A stretch of DNA of 64,000 bases from Heterodontus francisci (lineage: Eukaryota), in contig NW_027140807.1 in assembly GCF_036365525.1 (NCBI RefSeq), forward strand, positions 1,674,001 through 1,738,000, written 5' to 3'. Shown in pieces: positions 25,301-38,300 of this stretch. How positions within the stretch are numbered: the first letter of the stretch is position 1; each line of letters opens with the position of its first letter. The translations under genes and the position numbers were made by a program. The notes under the pieces are model-generated. The model was not told where the DNA came from. It was given only the letters and a program-made list of their open reading frames with translations, and searched no databases.

Positions 25301-25785
25301 GTGACTATATTCTGAAAAACACAATCATTTACTTTAACCCCAACGATCTCAAGGAGGAAAATGGATGTCCGATCATTTGTCTCTCCGGAACATCTTGTTT
25401 CTCTGCCCCCTCTCATCATCCCCCCAATGCTGACCCACTACTGATAAGAGAGGCACGTCTCCTGTGAATATTCTCTCCTTAATACTTAATGCCTATGAAA
25501 GATCAAATATACACAGCCAACTGGCAAATACTAACTATAATATTCAGAGTCCCAGCCCCAGGCTCCAATCTCCCTACACACTCTCTGTTGGGTAACTGAA
25601 GACAAGTTATGTTACAACAGCAAACCCCGTGGGTTAGCATGGTCCCAGGAGAAATATTAATTTGGTTTATTATGGCAGCTACTTTAACCAAAAGGCCTTC
25701 GTTTGCATAGATTATGTAATGTCATTCATCATTACTAAATGTTAATATTTCAGCCAACCAGCACTGCAGTCAATCCGTCGTGGTG

Positions 25786-25915
25786 TATATAGGGGTTGGA
25801 GCTGACACTGAGACTGACACTGTTCACAGCAGAGTGGACCCGAGACTGAGGAGCAAGCAGCTGGAACTGAACCGACAACATCTCCCACCCAGTCACACCT
25901 CCATTGGAGACTCTG
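25786..25915 (+). promoter_or_regulatory. Candidate TATA box and non-coding first exon of the GP2/UMOD-like gene
   Basis: TATATAG at 25786-25792 and a strong donor CTG|GTAAGC at 25915/25916. The next exon (acceptor tttccag|26348) carries the ATG. Confidence 0.55.
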
Positions 25916-26347
25916 GTAAGCAGTCGGGTATGGGAGGACTGTTAGAAAAAGCAAAGGATTTTGTCACTTGCTAGGTGTTGACCCAAGGACTGTGTGTCCT
26001 GCTTCTCCTGAAACAACACCATCTCCATGAATAACCTTTGTCAGAAATTCAAAGAGGTTCGTGACAGGAATGCAGGAGACAGACCTGGAGGAGAGAGTCA
26101 GGAACACATGTGGTTTATTCATAAAAGTTTTGGAGAGTGGAAAGGGTGAAGGATTGGAGTCAAGTTCCTGATGTTTAACAAGAACATGTAGCTGAACTCT
26201 CCTCTGTCTCTAAGAGCCCCAGTGAGAGAGAGATAATTAGATGGAGCTCACTCTCTGAACTCCTCGGCAACTCCCTATTTTATATTCCCTCCAATTTCCC
26301 TACTCGGTAATCTCTCTCAAATGTTTGTCTTGTGTTTCCCTTTCCAG

Positions 26348-26396
26348 AATCTCACCAGTAAGATGTGGACTCTGCTGATCATTCTGGGTTACCTGT
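26348..26396 (+). CDS. Signal-peptide exon (MWTLLIILGYL|YSALT-DPC)
   Basis: Polypyrimidine tract + AG at 26346-26347; ATG at 26363 in AAGATG context; hydrophobic stretch; phase-1 donor GTGAGT at 26397. Confidence 0.85.
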
Positions 26397-29300
26397 GTGA
26401 GTAACTTTCATTCTCGACAAAGTTCACGCCCAGTACAACTGGAACAAGCTGTGCTTATTCACGCCATTAAATAGAATAATCTCCCAAATCTGATTGAAGA
26501 AATGTCTGCCACGGCAGGGAAGGAGATGATTGGAGGTCTGACTGTTAGTTTAAAAGAGCAGACGGAGGTGGAGAGGCAGAAAGGTTTAGGAGGCCAGACA
26601 TCTTGAAGCCACATCAGACAGTGTTGGAGGAAAGGGAGTGGAGGGAAGTTCGACAGGAGGCTTGGGTCAGAGAAACAGAGAGTTGGTGAAGATTACAGAA
26701 ATGAGGTGGGAGAGGCCGTAGAGGTCATGAAAGAATTTGAACAGGAAGATGGAAATTGTACATCAAAGGCATTTGCAGCTGTGAACCAATGTGTGTCAGT
26801 GAGCACAGGGGTGATGTGTGACTTCAACTTTCTGCAAGATAACATACAACAGCAGTGTGTTGGAGGAGACCTGACTTCTGGAAAGTGGAAGCTGGGAGGC
26901 TGGCCAGGAGAGGATTAGAAGATTTGATTCTCTCGAAGGTTGAGGGTTTTAGATAGAGGATTGGCTGAGGCAAAATCAGTGATGGCGGATATTAAGGAGG
27001 TTGTAATTGGCTGCCTTTGTGATGAAGAGGCTTCAGGGAAGGAAGCTGGGCTCAGTCGGAAGCAGGGCCGTGTGCTGATGAGAAATAGGAGAGGGGCAAG
27101 ATAGATTCTCGGGGTACCCTCGAGGTAACAGTGCCGGAGTGGGTAGGGAAGACACTGCAGGAGATTCTCTGGCTGAGACGAGGTTGGGTTGAGTGGAAGT
27201 AGGTGAGAGCAGTTCCACCCAGCTGGACTTGGAACGAGAGGTGTTGGCAGAGGGTAATGTGGTGAATTGTGTCAAAGACTGCCGACAGTTCGAGAAGGAT
27301 GATCAGAAACAGTATTCCTGACTTGGCTCTTGCAGCTTCACTGCTGCTCAAACCCTTCACCAGTTATTTGGCACCTCTAGACTTGACTATTCCAAAGACC
27401 TCCTGGCTGATCTCTCACATTCCACCTTCCGTACATTGAGGTCATCCAATACGATACTGCCCAAGTCCCGTTCACCTTTCATCTCCGTGCTCACTGACCG
27501 ACACTGGCTCCCGGTTCAGCAAGGCCTGGATTTCAATATTCTCACAATCGTTTTCAGATCCTTCCATCACCTCGCCGTTCCCTACTGCTGAAATCATCTC
27601 CAGCCCCACAACCCTCAGAGATCTCTGCGCTACTCTAATTCAGGCCTCTTGAGTATTCCCGATTTGAATCCCTTCCACCATTGGCAGCTGTGCCTTCACC
27701 TGCCGAGGCTTAACGCTATGGAATTCTATCCCTCAACTTCTCCGTCTCTCCACCTCTCTTTCATCCTTTCAGAGACTCCTTAAAACCTCCTCTTTGACAT
27801 TGCATTTGGCCACCTGCCCTACCAGCTGCTTCTGTGGATCAGTGTCAGTTCGGGATGGTAACACACCGATGAAGTGCCTTGGGGCATTTTATTCCATCAA
27901 AGGCACGACATAAATGCATATTGTTGTTGGTTTTGGGACTAAACGTTCCCTCTCCAGGACCCACCATTCACATTGGGTCGCTTGTTCTCCACCTGGCAGT
28001 TCTCGCTCCTCCTCCACTTTACATCTTTCCGACTGGGACGAAGTGAAGCTGAGATATTTACTGCTTTCTGTTACCTGAGAGCTGGTGGTTAATCCAGAAT
28101 AGGGAGGACTGTCTGTGAGCAGTGAGTTAGAGGGGGAGGCTGAGCTGGGAGACAGATGGAAACCCCATTCAAAGAAGGAGGAAATTTTCCAGCTTTAATC
28201 TGGGGGGTTTTGACCAGGGCGGAGGTTGTAACTGAGATTATTGGTATTTTGGGATGGTGAAAGGCGCTGTGTAACATTAACTGTACTTTATATTAACATT
28301 AAACATCTTTGTGTCACTCAATCACAGACTCTGCACTCACTGACCCGTGTGTAAATCATACAGTCCTGGACCAGCCCTGGAGGAGCATCGATTGTACAGG
28401 GACTGAGTGCTCCGGTCAGGTGAAGTGTGATCGGTATCTTGTTCAAGGATGGTACAGATTTAACAGGTAATGTAAAGGAACAAATTCTGGGTAAATCAGT
28501 TAATGAGGGAGGATTAAGGGATTTCCCCCAGTTTCTGGTACTCTCTGCTGGTACCAGTCTCTCTAAAAATTAATATTTACCATCAGTTCAAGGACTGACT
28601 CTGTGATTGTTGTTTCAGTTCTGGTGGATGGAAGATTCCGGACACTGTTGTCCCAGATAGCCACTGCTCCACAAAGCGTCCAGGCTGGTTACAGGGTAAT
28701 TTCAGCCTTTATAATATCAGATTTACATTCACTGTCCAGCACTGTTCACATGGGTTACATTCTTCAATATTTATAAACTCTCATTTCAGGTTCCCATCCC
28801 AGTGTGGGACAGGGGGAAGTAACACGGACAGTTTGTTTCAACAGGGATGGAAATCGCTGCCACAGGACCCAGAAAATAAAGATCAAAAACTGCAGCAGTT
28901 ATTTTGTTTATGCGCTGAAGCCTCCACCCGTCTGTAACGCTGCTTATTGCACAGGTAGATTGCTGTTTGTATATGGTGCAGATGGGTGATTCTGGGATGT
29001 CACATGTCACCCACAAAAATGAGACAGTTTGCGCACTGCCCTCCTTTTTGTGAGGGACACAGTGAATATCGGATCTGTAAAACAGGGTGAACTCTTCACT
29101 AAAACTCTAGGGAACTGAACCAGATGCTCGCTGTCTGGAGAGAGGGCTGGCATGTCTGGGTATTATTCTGTCAAGAATGCACTTGAGGATTCAGGTTTTC
29201 TAGTGAGTGTCAGACACAGCAGCAGGATCCTGACAGACTCTATGTGAAGGGCAGTCACTCTCGTCTCACCTCTTGAGTTCCACTCTTTTGTCCGTGTTTG

Positions 29301-32300
29301 AACCACAGCTATGATGAGGTCTGGAGCTGAGTGACCCTGGCGGAGCACAAACTGACCATCACTGAACAGGTAATTGCTGAGCAAGTATCATTTGATAGCA
29401 CTGTCGATGAGACCTTCCATCATTTTACTGATGATAGAGAGTAGACTGATGGGACGGTAATTGGGTGGGTTGAACTTGCCCTGCTTTGACTTGTCATGCT
29501 TTTTATGCACAGGACGTGCCTGAGCAGATTTACACATTGCAGGGTAGATGCCAGTGTTGTAGCTGTACCAGAATAGCTTGGCTCAGGATGCAACAAGTTC
29601 TGGAGCACAGGTCTTCAGTACTACTTCAGGGATATTGTCAGGGCCCATAGCATTTGCAGTATTCAATGCCTTCAGTCATTTCTTGATATCACCTGGAGTG
29701 AATCGAATTGTCATCTGTGATGTTGGGGACTTCAGGAGCAGGCCGAGGTGGATCATCTACTCGGCACTTCTGGCTGAAGATGGTTGCAAATGCTTGAGTC
29801 TTATCTTTCGCACTAATGTGCTGGGCTCCCTGATCTTTGAGGATGGGGATATTTCTGGGGCCTCCTCCTCCAGTTAGTTGTTTAATTATCTACTGCCCTT
29901 CATGACTGGATGTGGCAGGACTGCAGAGCTTAGATCTGATCCGTTGGTTATGGGATCGCTTAGCTCTGTCTATCACATGCTGCTTCTGCTGTTTGGCACG
30001 CAGATTGTCCTGGGTTGTAGTTTCACCAGGCTGACACCTCATTTTGAGGTATGCCTTGTGCTGCACTTTACATGCCCTCCTGCACTTTTCATTGAACCAT
30101 GTTTGGTCTCCTGGCTTGATGGTCATGAAAGAGTGGGGAATATACCGGACCATGAGGTTACAGATTGTGGTTGAGTACAATTCTGCTGCTGCTGTTGTTC
30201 CCACAGCACCTCATGGATGCCCATTGTTGCATTGCTAGATTTGTTTGAATCTATCCCATTTAGCATGGTGATAGTGCCAGACAACACGATGGATGGTATC
30301 CTCAATGTAAAGGCGGGACTTCGTCTCCACAAGGACTGTGCGGTGGTCACTCCTACCAATTCTTCTTTTTCTTTTGGGCCTCCTTATCTCGAGAGACAAT
30401 GGATACGCGCCTGGAGGTGGTCAGTGGTTTGTGAAGCAGCGCCTGGAGTGGCTATAAAGGCCAATTCTGGAGTGACAGGCTCTTCCACAGGTGCTGCAGA
30501 GAAATTTGTTTGTTGGGGCTGTTGCACAGTTGGCTCTCCCCTTGCGCCTCTGTCTTTTTTCCTGCCAACTACTAAGTCTCTTCGACTCGCCACAATTTAG
30601 CCCTGTCTTTATGGCTGCCCGCCAGCTCTGGCGAATGCTGGCAACTGACTCCCACGACTTGTGATCAATGTCACACGATTTCATGTCACGTTTGCAGACG
30701 TCTTTATAACGGAGACATGGACGGCCGGTGGGTCTGATACCAGTGGCGAGCTCGCTGTACAATGTGTCTTTGGGGATCCTGCCATCTTCCATGCGGCTCA
30801 CATGGCCAAGCCATCTCAAGCGCCGCTGACTCAGTAGTGTGTATAAGCTGGGGGTGTTGGCCGCTTCAAGGACTTCTGTGTTGGAGATATAGTCCTGCCA
30901 CCTGATGCCAAGTATTCTCCGAAGGCAGCGAAGATGGAATGAATTGAGACGTCGCTCTTGGCTGGCATACGTTGTCCAGGCCTCGCTGCCGTAGAGCAAG
31001 GTACTGAGGACACAGGCCTGATACACTCGGACTTTTGTGTTCCGTGTCAGTGCGCCATTTTCCCACACTCTCTTGGCCAGTCTGGACATAGCAGTGGAAG
31101 CCTTACCCATGCACTTGTTGATTTCTGCATCTAGAGACAGGTTACTGGTGATAGTTGAGCCTAGGTAGGTGAACTCTTGAACCACTTCCAGAGCGTGGTC
31201 GCCAATATTGATGGATGGAGCATTTCTGACATCCTGCCCCATGATGTTCGTTTTCTTGAGGCTGATGGTTAGGCCAAATTCATTGCAGGCAGACGCAAAC
31301 CTGTCGATGAGACTCTGCAGGCATTCTTCAGTGTGAGATGTTAAAGCAGCATCGTCAGCAAAGAGGAGTTCTCTGATGAGGACTTTCCGTACCTTGGACT
31401 TCGCTCTTAGACGGGCAAGGTTGAACAACCTGCCCCCTGGTCTTGTGTGGAGGAAAATTCCTTCTTCAGAGGATTTGAACGCATGTGAAAGCAGCAGGGA
31501 GAAGAAAATCCCAAAAAGTGTGGGTGCGAGAACACAGCCCTGTTTCACACCACTCAAGATAGGAAAGGGCTCTGATGAGGAGCCACCATGTTGAATTGTG
31601 CCTTTCATATTGTCATGGAATGAGGTGATGATACTTAGTAGCTTTGGTGGACATCCGATCTTTTCTAGTAGTCTGAAGAGACCACGTCTGCTGACGAGGT
31701 CAAAGGCTTTGGTGAGATCAATGAAAGCAATGTAGAGGGGCATCTGTTGTTCACGGCATTTCTCCTGTATCTGACAAAGGGAGAACAGCATATCAATAGT
31801 CGATCTCTCTGCACGAAAGCCACACTGTGCCTCAGGGTAGACGCACTCGGCCAGCTTCTGGAGCCTGTTCAGAGCGACTCGAGCAAAGACTTTCCCCACT
31901 ATGCTGAGCAGGGAGATTCCACGGTAGTTGTTGCAGTCACCGCGGTCACCTTTGTTTTTATAGAGGGTGATGATGTTGGCATCGCGCATGTCCTGGGGTA
32001 CTGCTCCCTCGTCCCAGCACAGGCATAGCAGTTCATGTAGTGCTGAGAGTATAGCAGGCTTGGCACTCTTGATTATTTCAGGGGTAATGCTGTCCTTCCC
32101 AGGGGCTTTTCCGCTGGCTAGGGAATCAATGGCATCACTGAGTTCCGATTTGGTTGGCTGTATGTCCAGCTCATCCATGACTGGTAGAGGCTGGGCTGCA
32201 TTGAGGGCAGTCTCAGTGACAGCATTCTCCCTGGAGTACAGTTCTAGGTAGTGCTCAACCCAGCGGTCCATCTGTTTGCGTTGGTCAGTGATTATGTCCC

Positions 32301-35300
32301 CCGATTTAGATTTGAGGGGGGTGATCTTCTTGATGGTTGGCCCAAGAGCTCTCTTCATGCCATCATACATTCCTCTGATGTTTCCGGTGTCTGAGGCCAG
32401 CTGAATATGACTGCATAGGTGTTACCAGTAGTCGTTTGCGCAACGCCTAGCTGTTCTTTGTGCAGTACTTCTGGCTGCTTTAAGTGCTGCGGATGTTAAA
32501 TCGCTGGGGGCTTTCTTGTAGTTCAAAAGTGCAATGCGCTTAGCGGCTATGACAGGTTCCAGCTCTTCATTATGAGATTGGAATCAGTCTGCATTTCTCT
32601 TCGCACTTTTGCCGTAGGTGGTCAAAGCTGACTCATAGATGGCGTCTCTGATGTGGGCCCACTTGGTCTCAGCATCCCCTGTGGGAGTGTTTTGAAGGGC
32701 TGTTACAAGTGAATTTAGAAATTTTTGTAACAGCTGTGGGTGAGAAATTCTGCTCGTGTTGATGCGCGGGTGGCCCTTCTGCTTGGAATGATGCAACTTC
32801 TTTGGTCTGAGTCTAACCTTGCTGCACACCAGGGAGTGGTCGGTGTCGCAGTCCGCACTGTGGAAGCTGCGTGTGATTGGAACACTGTTGAAGGCGGCTC
32901 GCCTTGTGACAATGAGGTCTAGCTGGTGCCAGCGACGTGATCTTGGGTGCCTCCATGAAACCTGGTGACAGGGTTTAGTGTGAAAGAACGAGTTGGTGAT
33001 GCAGAGGTTATGATAGGTACACAACTCAAGCAGTCTCTGCCCGTTCTCATTCATCCTTCCAACGCCATAGCGCCCAAGGCAGGAGGGCCATGAGTCATGG
33101 TCGGCCCCAACCCTGGCATTAAAGTCCCCCAGCAGGAATAGGTGTTCGGTGTTGGGGATGCTGCTAATGATGTTATGGAGTTGTTCATAGAACTGGTCTT
33201 TAGCTTCAGGTGCGGAGCAGAGTGTTGGAGCATAGATGCTGAGTAGGTGTACTGGACCAGAGGTGGTGAGCAGTCGGATGGACAGTATGCGTTCCGAGCC
33301 ATTTGAGGGAGGCTCTATCATGCTGAGCAAGGAGTTTCTGATGGCGAAGCCCACTCCATGCTGTCTTGGTTCTTCAGGATCCCTGCCCTGCCAGAAGAAG
33401 GTGTAGTCTTGCTCTGCTAGAGAGCCACTCGCGGGGAGGCGAGTCTCCTGAAGTGCTGCAATGTCCACATTGAATCTACTGAGCTCGTTGTTAATGATGG
33501 CGGTCTTCCGAGAATCGTTGATTTGTGTAAGGTCTTCCGACAGGCCAGGACACATAGTTCTGACGTTCCAGCTTGCAAAGCGAAGGGCTGGTACCTTCTT
33601 TCCTTTTTTCATGTTGTTTGGTGCGGTGTATCAGTCCACCTTTCGGGCAATGACCCTGAGCTCCAAGCACCCATTGAAGCAGGCAGACTGTGGCGGGACA
33701 GAACCTTATTGAGCGGAGGCTGCCCGGTTTGAGGCGGGCGGTAGCTGTCCAGTGAGGTGCAATGACCTCTCCCACCGACAAAGGCAACCCGTGGCGCCCA
33801 GTTTCTACGCCAATTTATCTGGACTTATAACCCGTAACTGCTGCCTTCCGTGTTGTTTCAGTCGCTGTGAGGCAACTATGGAGTGACCTCTCCATGGCGC
33901 ATGCCTGGGCAAATTTATGGAGGTTGAGAGTTGCCCAGTCGTCAAAGCCCCCCTCTCGGCCTTTCTGGTGGGGTCCAAAGGAGTGCAGGACACGACGTTT
34001 GGCACCAGTATGGCTGCAGGAACTGCCGGAAACATGCCAAAGGTGACACATGACCGCCTATGGGGTTCCGCTCCGGATTTTCTGTTAGGGTTTACTCCTT
34101 TAGCCTTGGTCTCTCCCGAGACGCCCACAAGGCAGTGGGCACTCCTACCAATACTGTCATGGATATGTGGCAGGCAGATTGGTGAGGATGAAGTCAAGTA
34201 TATTTTCACCTCTTGTTGATTCTGTCATCATCTGCCACAGTCGCAGACTAGCAGCTATGTCCTTTAGGACTCAGCCAGCTCGGTCAGGAGTGGGCGGCAG
34301 TGATTGAGGGGAGTGGGATGTAGTGAATGTGGGGAGTGGGATGTCGTGACTGAGGGGAGGGGGATGCAGTGACTGAGGGGAGTGGGATGCAGTGACTGAG
34401 GGGAGTGGGATGCTGTAATTGAGGGAAGTGGGATGTAGTGACTGATGAGTGAGATGTGGTAACTGATGGGAGTAGGATGTAGAGATGCGGGGAGTGAGGT
34501 GCAGTGCTTGAAGGAAATGGTACGGAATGATTCGGTGGACTGGGTGTGGTAACATAGAGAAGTGGGATGCAGTTATTGAGGGGAGTAGGATGCCGTGACT
34601 GAGTGGAGTGGGATACACAGACTGAGGGGAGTGGGATGCAGTGACTGAGGGGAGCTGGATGCAGTGACTGAGGGGAGTGTGATATAGTGACTGAGGGGAG
34701 TGGAATACAGTGACTGTGGGGAGTGTGATGCAGTGACTGAGGGGAGTGTGATACAGTGACAGTGGGGAATGGGATACAGTGACTGAGGGGAGTGTGATAC
34801 AGTGACTGAGGGGAGTGTGATACAGTGACTGAGGGGAGTGGGATACAGTGACTGAGGGGAGTGGAATACAGTGACTGTGGGGAGTGTGATACAGTGACTG
34901 AGGGGAGTGTGATACAGTAACTGAGGGGAGTGTGATCCAGTGACTGTGGGGAGTGGGATAAAGTGACTGAGGGGAGTGGAATACATTGACTGAGGGGAGT
35001 GGAATACAGTGACTGTGGGGAGTAGGATACAGTGACTGAGGGGAGTGTGATACAGTGACTGAGGAGAGTGTGATACAGTAACTGAGGGGAGTGGAATACA
35101 GTGACTGAGGGGAGTGGAATACAGTGACTGTGGGGAGTGGGATGCAGTGACTGAGGGGAGTGTGATCCCTTACATTTATCTTCACATCCTCCTCGCTTTC
35201 ACTTGTCACTTGAACTTTTCCCAGTTCTGATGTCAGGTCACATATTAACATTAAACATCTTTCTGTCACTCAGTCGCAGACTCTGCATTCACTGACCCGT

Positions 35301-38300
35301 GTGTAAATCACACAGTCCTGGACCAGCCCTGGAGGAGCATCGATTGTGATGACACTGGGTCCGGTCAGGTGAAGTGTGATGATAATCTTCACTTCGGATG
35401 GTACCGATTTAAAAGGTAATGTAAAGGAACAATTTCAGGGTAATCTAGTCAATTTGGGCAGAGTAAGGGACTTCCCCCAGTTTCTGGTCCTATTTGCTGG
35501 TACCAGTCTCTCTAACAGTTAATATTTACCATCAGTTCAGGGACTGACTCGATGATTGTTATTTCAGTTCTGTTGGATGGAAGATTCCAGAGACTGCTGT
35601 CCCACATCATCGCTGCTCCACAAATGTTACAGGCTGGTTACAAGGTAATTTCAGCCTTTATAATATCAGATTTACATTCACTGTCCAGCACTGTTCACAT
35701 GGGTTACTGTCTTCAATATTTATAAACTCTCATTTCAGGTTCCCATCCCAGCGTGGGACAGGGGGAAGTAACACGGACAGTTTGTTTACACTGGGGTACA
35801 AATCACTGCTACAAGGTCCATGAGATAAAGATCAAAAACTGCAGCAGTTACTTCGTTTATGAGTTGAAGTCGTTGTTTCGTTGTGCTGCGTATTGTACAG
35901 GTACTTTGATGCTTCTATATCATCCAGAGGGTGAAACTGGGATGTCCCGTGTCACCCACAGAAATGAGACGGTTTACTCGCTCCCCTCCTTATTGTCAGG
36001 GACACAGTGAATAAAGGATCTGAAACACAAAGTGTACTTCACTGAAACTCTCGGGAACTGAACCAGACTCTGCTGTCCCTGTCTCTCAGGCACTCTGATC
36101 CCTGCAGTGTTCATGGCTCACGTCAGGTCCCCACTGCAGTGCTGGGCACCTCACACTCCCTCTCCAGGAAACAATGTTCATGAAGAGTCGGATTGGATGG
36201 TCGAGTGTTTGATAAAGATGAAAATCTGACACTGTCTGGACTCGAGTACTGAATACATGAGCTCTTTGGGTTTTCTCCACTCTACCCTCTTCCTTTATTA
36301 CAGATCCAGAGACTGTCGCAACTGAGGAACCCGAGGAACAAACAACTCGAGAATCCACGAGGGGATCATCGTCTACCCCTGCGGTGTCTGGAACATCAGG
36401 TACCCCCCTTGTGGGTCCATTCGAAACAGGTTCCACACCCAATGTTACATCATAGAAGATCAGTCCTGGAGATCATCCAGTCTCTCACTGAGGGAAGTGG
36501 GATGGAGTGATTGAGGGAATTGGGATGGAGTGACTGAGGGGAGTGGAATGTAGTGACTGAGGGGAGTGGATGCGGTGACTGAGGGGAGTGGGATGGGGTG
36601 ACTGAGGGGAGTGGGATGGGGTGACTGAGGGGAGTGGGATGTAGTGACTGAGTGGAGTGGGATGTAGTGACTGAGGGGAGTGGGATGTGAACAAAGAACA
36701 AAGAACAAAGAAAATTACAGCACAGGAACAGGCTCTTCGGCCCTCCAAGCCTACGCCGATCCAGATCCTCTATCTAAACCTGTCGCCTATTTTCGAAGGG
36801 TCTGCATCTCTTTATTTCCTGCCCATTCATGTATCTGTCTAGATACATCTTAAAAGACGCTATCGTGCCCGCGTCTACCACCTCCACTGGCAATGCATTC
36901 CATGCACCCACCACCCTCTGCGTAAATAACTTTCCACGCATATCTCCCCTAACCTTTTCCCCTTTCTCTTTGAACTCGTGTCCCCTTGTAATTGAATCCC
37001 CCACTCTGGGAAAAAGCTTCTAGCTATCCACCCTGTCTATACCTCTCATGATTTTGTGCACCTCAATCATGTCCCCCCTCAAGCTCCTTCTTTCTAATGA
37101 AAATAATCCTAATCTACTCAACCTCTCTTCATAGCTAGCGCCCTCCAAACCAGGCAACATCCTGGTGAACATCCTCTGCACCCTCTCCAAATCATCCACA
37201 TCCTTTTGGTAATGTGGCGACCAGAACTGCACGCAGTATTCCAAATGTGGCCGAACCAAAGTCCTATACAACTGTAACATGACCTGCCAACTCTTGTACT
37301 CAATGACCCGTCCGATGAACGAAAGCATGCCGTATGCCTTCTTGACCACTCTATTGACCTGCGTTGCCACCTTCAGGGAACAATGGACCTGAACACCCAA
37401 ATCTCTCTGTACATCAATTTTCCCCAGGACTTTTCCATTTACTGTATAGTTCACTCTTGAATTGGATCTTCCAAAATGCATCACCTCGCATTTGCCCTGA
37501 TTGAACTCCATCTGCCATTTCTCTGCCCAACTCTCCAATCTCTCTATATTCTGCTGCATTCTCTGACAGTCCCCTTCACTATCTGCTACTCCACCAATCT
37601 TAGTGTCGTCTGCAAACTTGCTAATCAGACCACCTATTCTTTCCTCCAAATCATTTATGTATATCACAAACAACAGTGGTCCCAGCACGGATCCCTGTGG
37701 AACACCACTGGTCACACGTCTCCATTTTGAGAAACTCCCTTCCACTGCTACTCTCTGTCTCCTGTTGCCCAGCCAGTTCTTTATCCATCTAGCTAGTACA
37801 CCTTGGACCCCATGCGCCTTCACTTTCTCCATCAGCCTACCATGGGGAACCTTATCAAACGCCTTACTGAAGTCCATGTTTCCGACATCTACAGCCCTTC
37901 CCTCATCAATCAACTTTGTCACTTCCTCAAAGAATTCTATTAAGTTGGTAAGACATGACCTTCCCTGCACAAAACCATGTTGCCTATCACTGATAAGCCC
38001 ATTTTCTTCCAGATGGGGATAGATCCTATCCCTCAGTATCTTCTCCAGCAGCTTCCCTACCACTGACGTCAGGCTCACCGGTCTATAATTACCTGGATTA
38101 TCCCTGCTACCCTTCTTAAACAAGGGGGCAACATTAGCAATTCTCCAGTCCTCCGGGACCTCACCCGTGTTTAAGGATGTAGCAAAGATATCTGTTAAGG
38201 CCCCAACTATTTCCTCTCTCGCTTCCCACAGTAACCTGGGATAGATCCCATCCGGACCTGGGGACTTGTCCACGTTAATGCCTTTTAGAATACCCAACAC

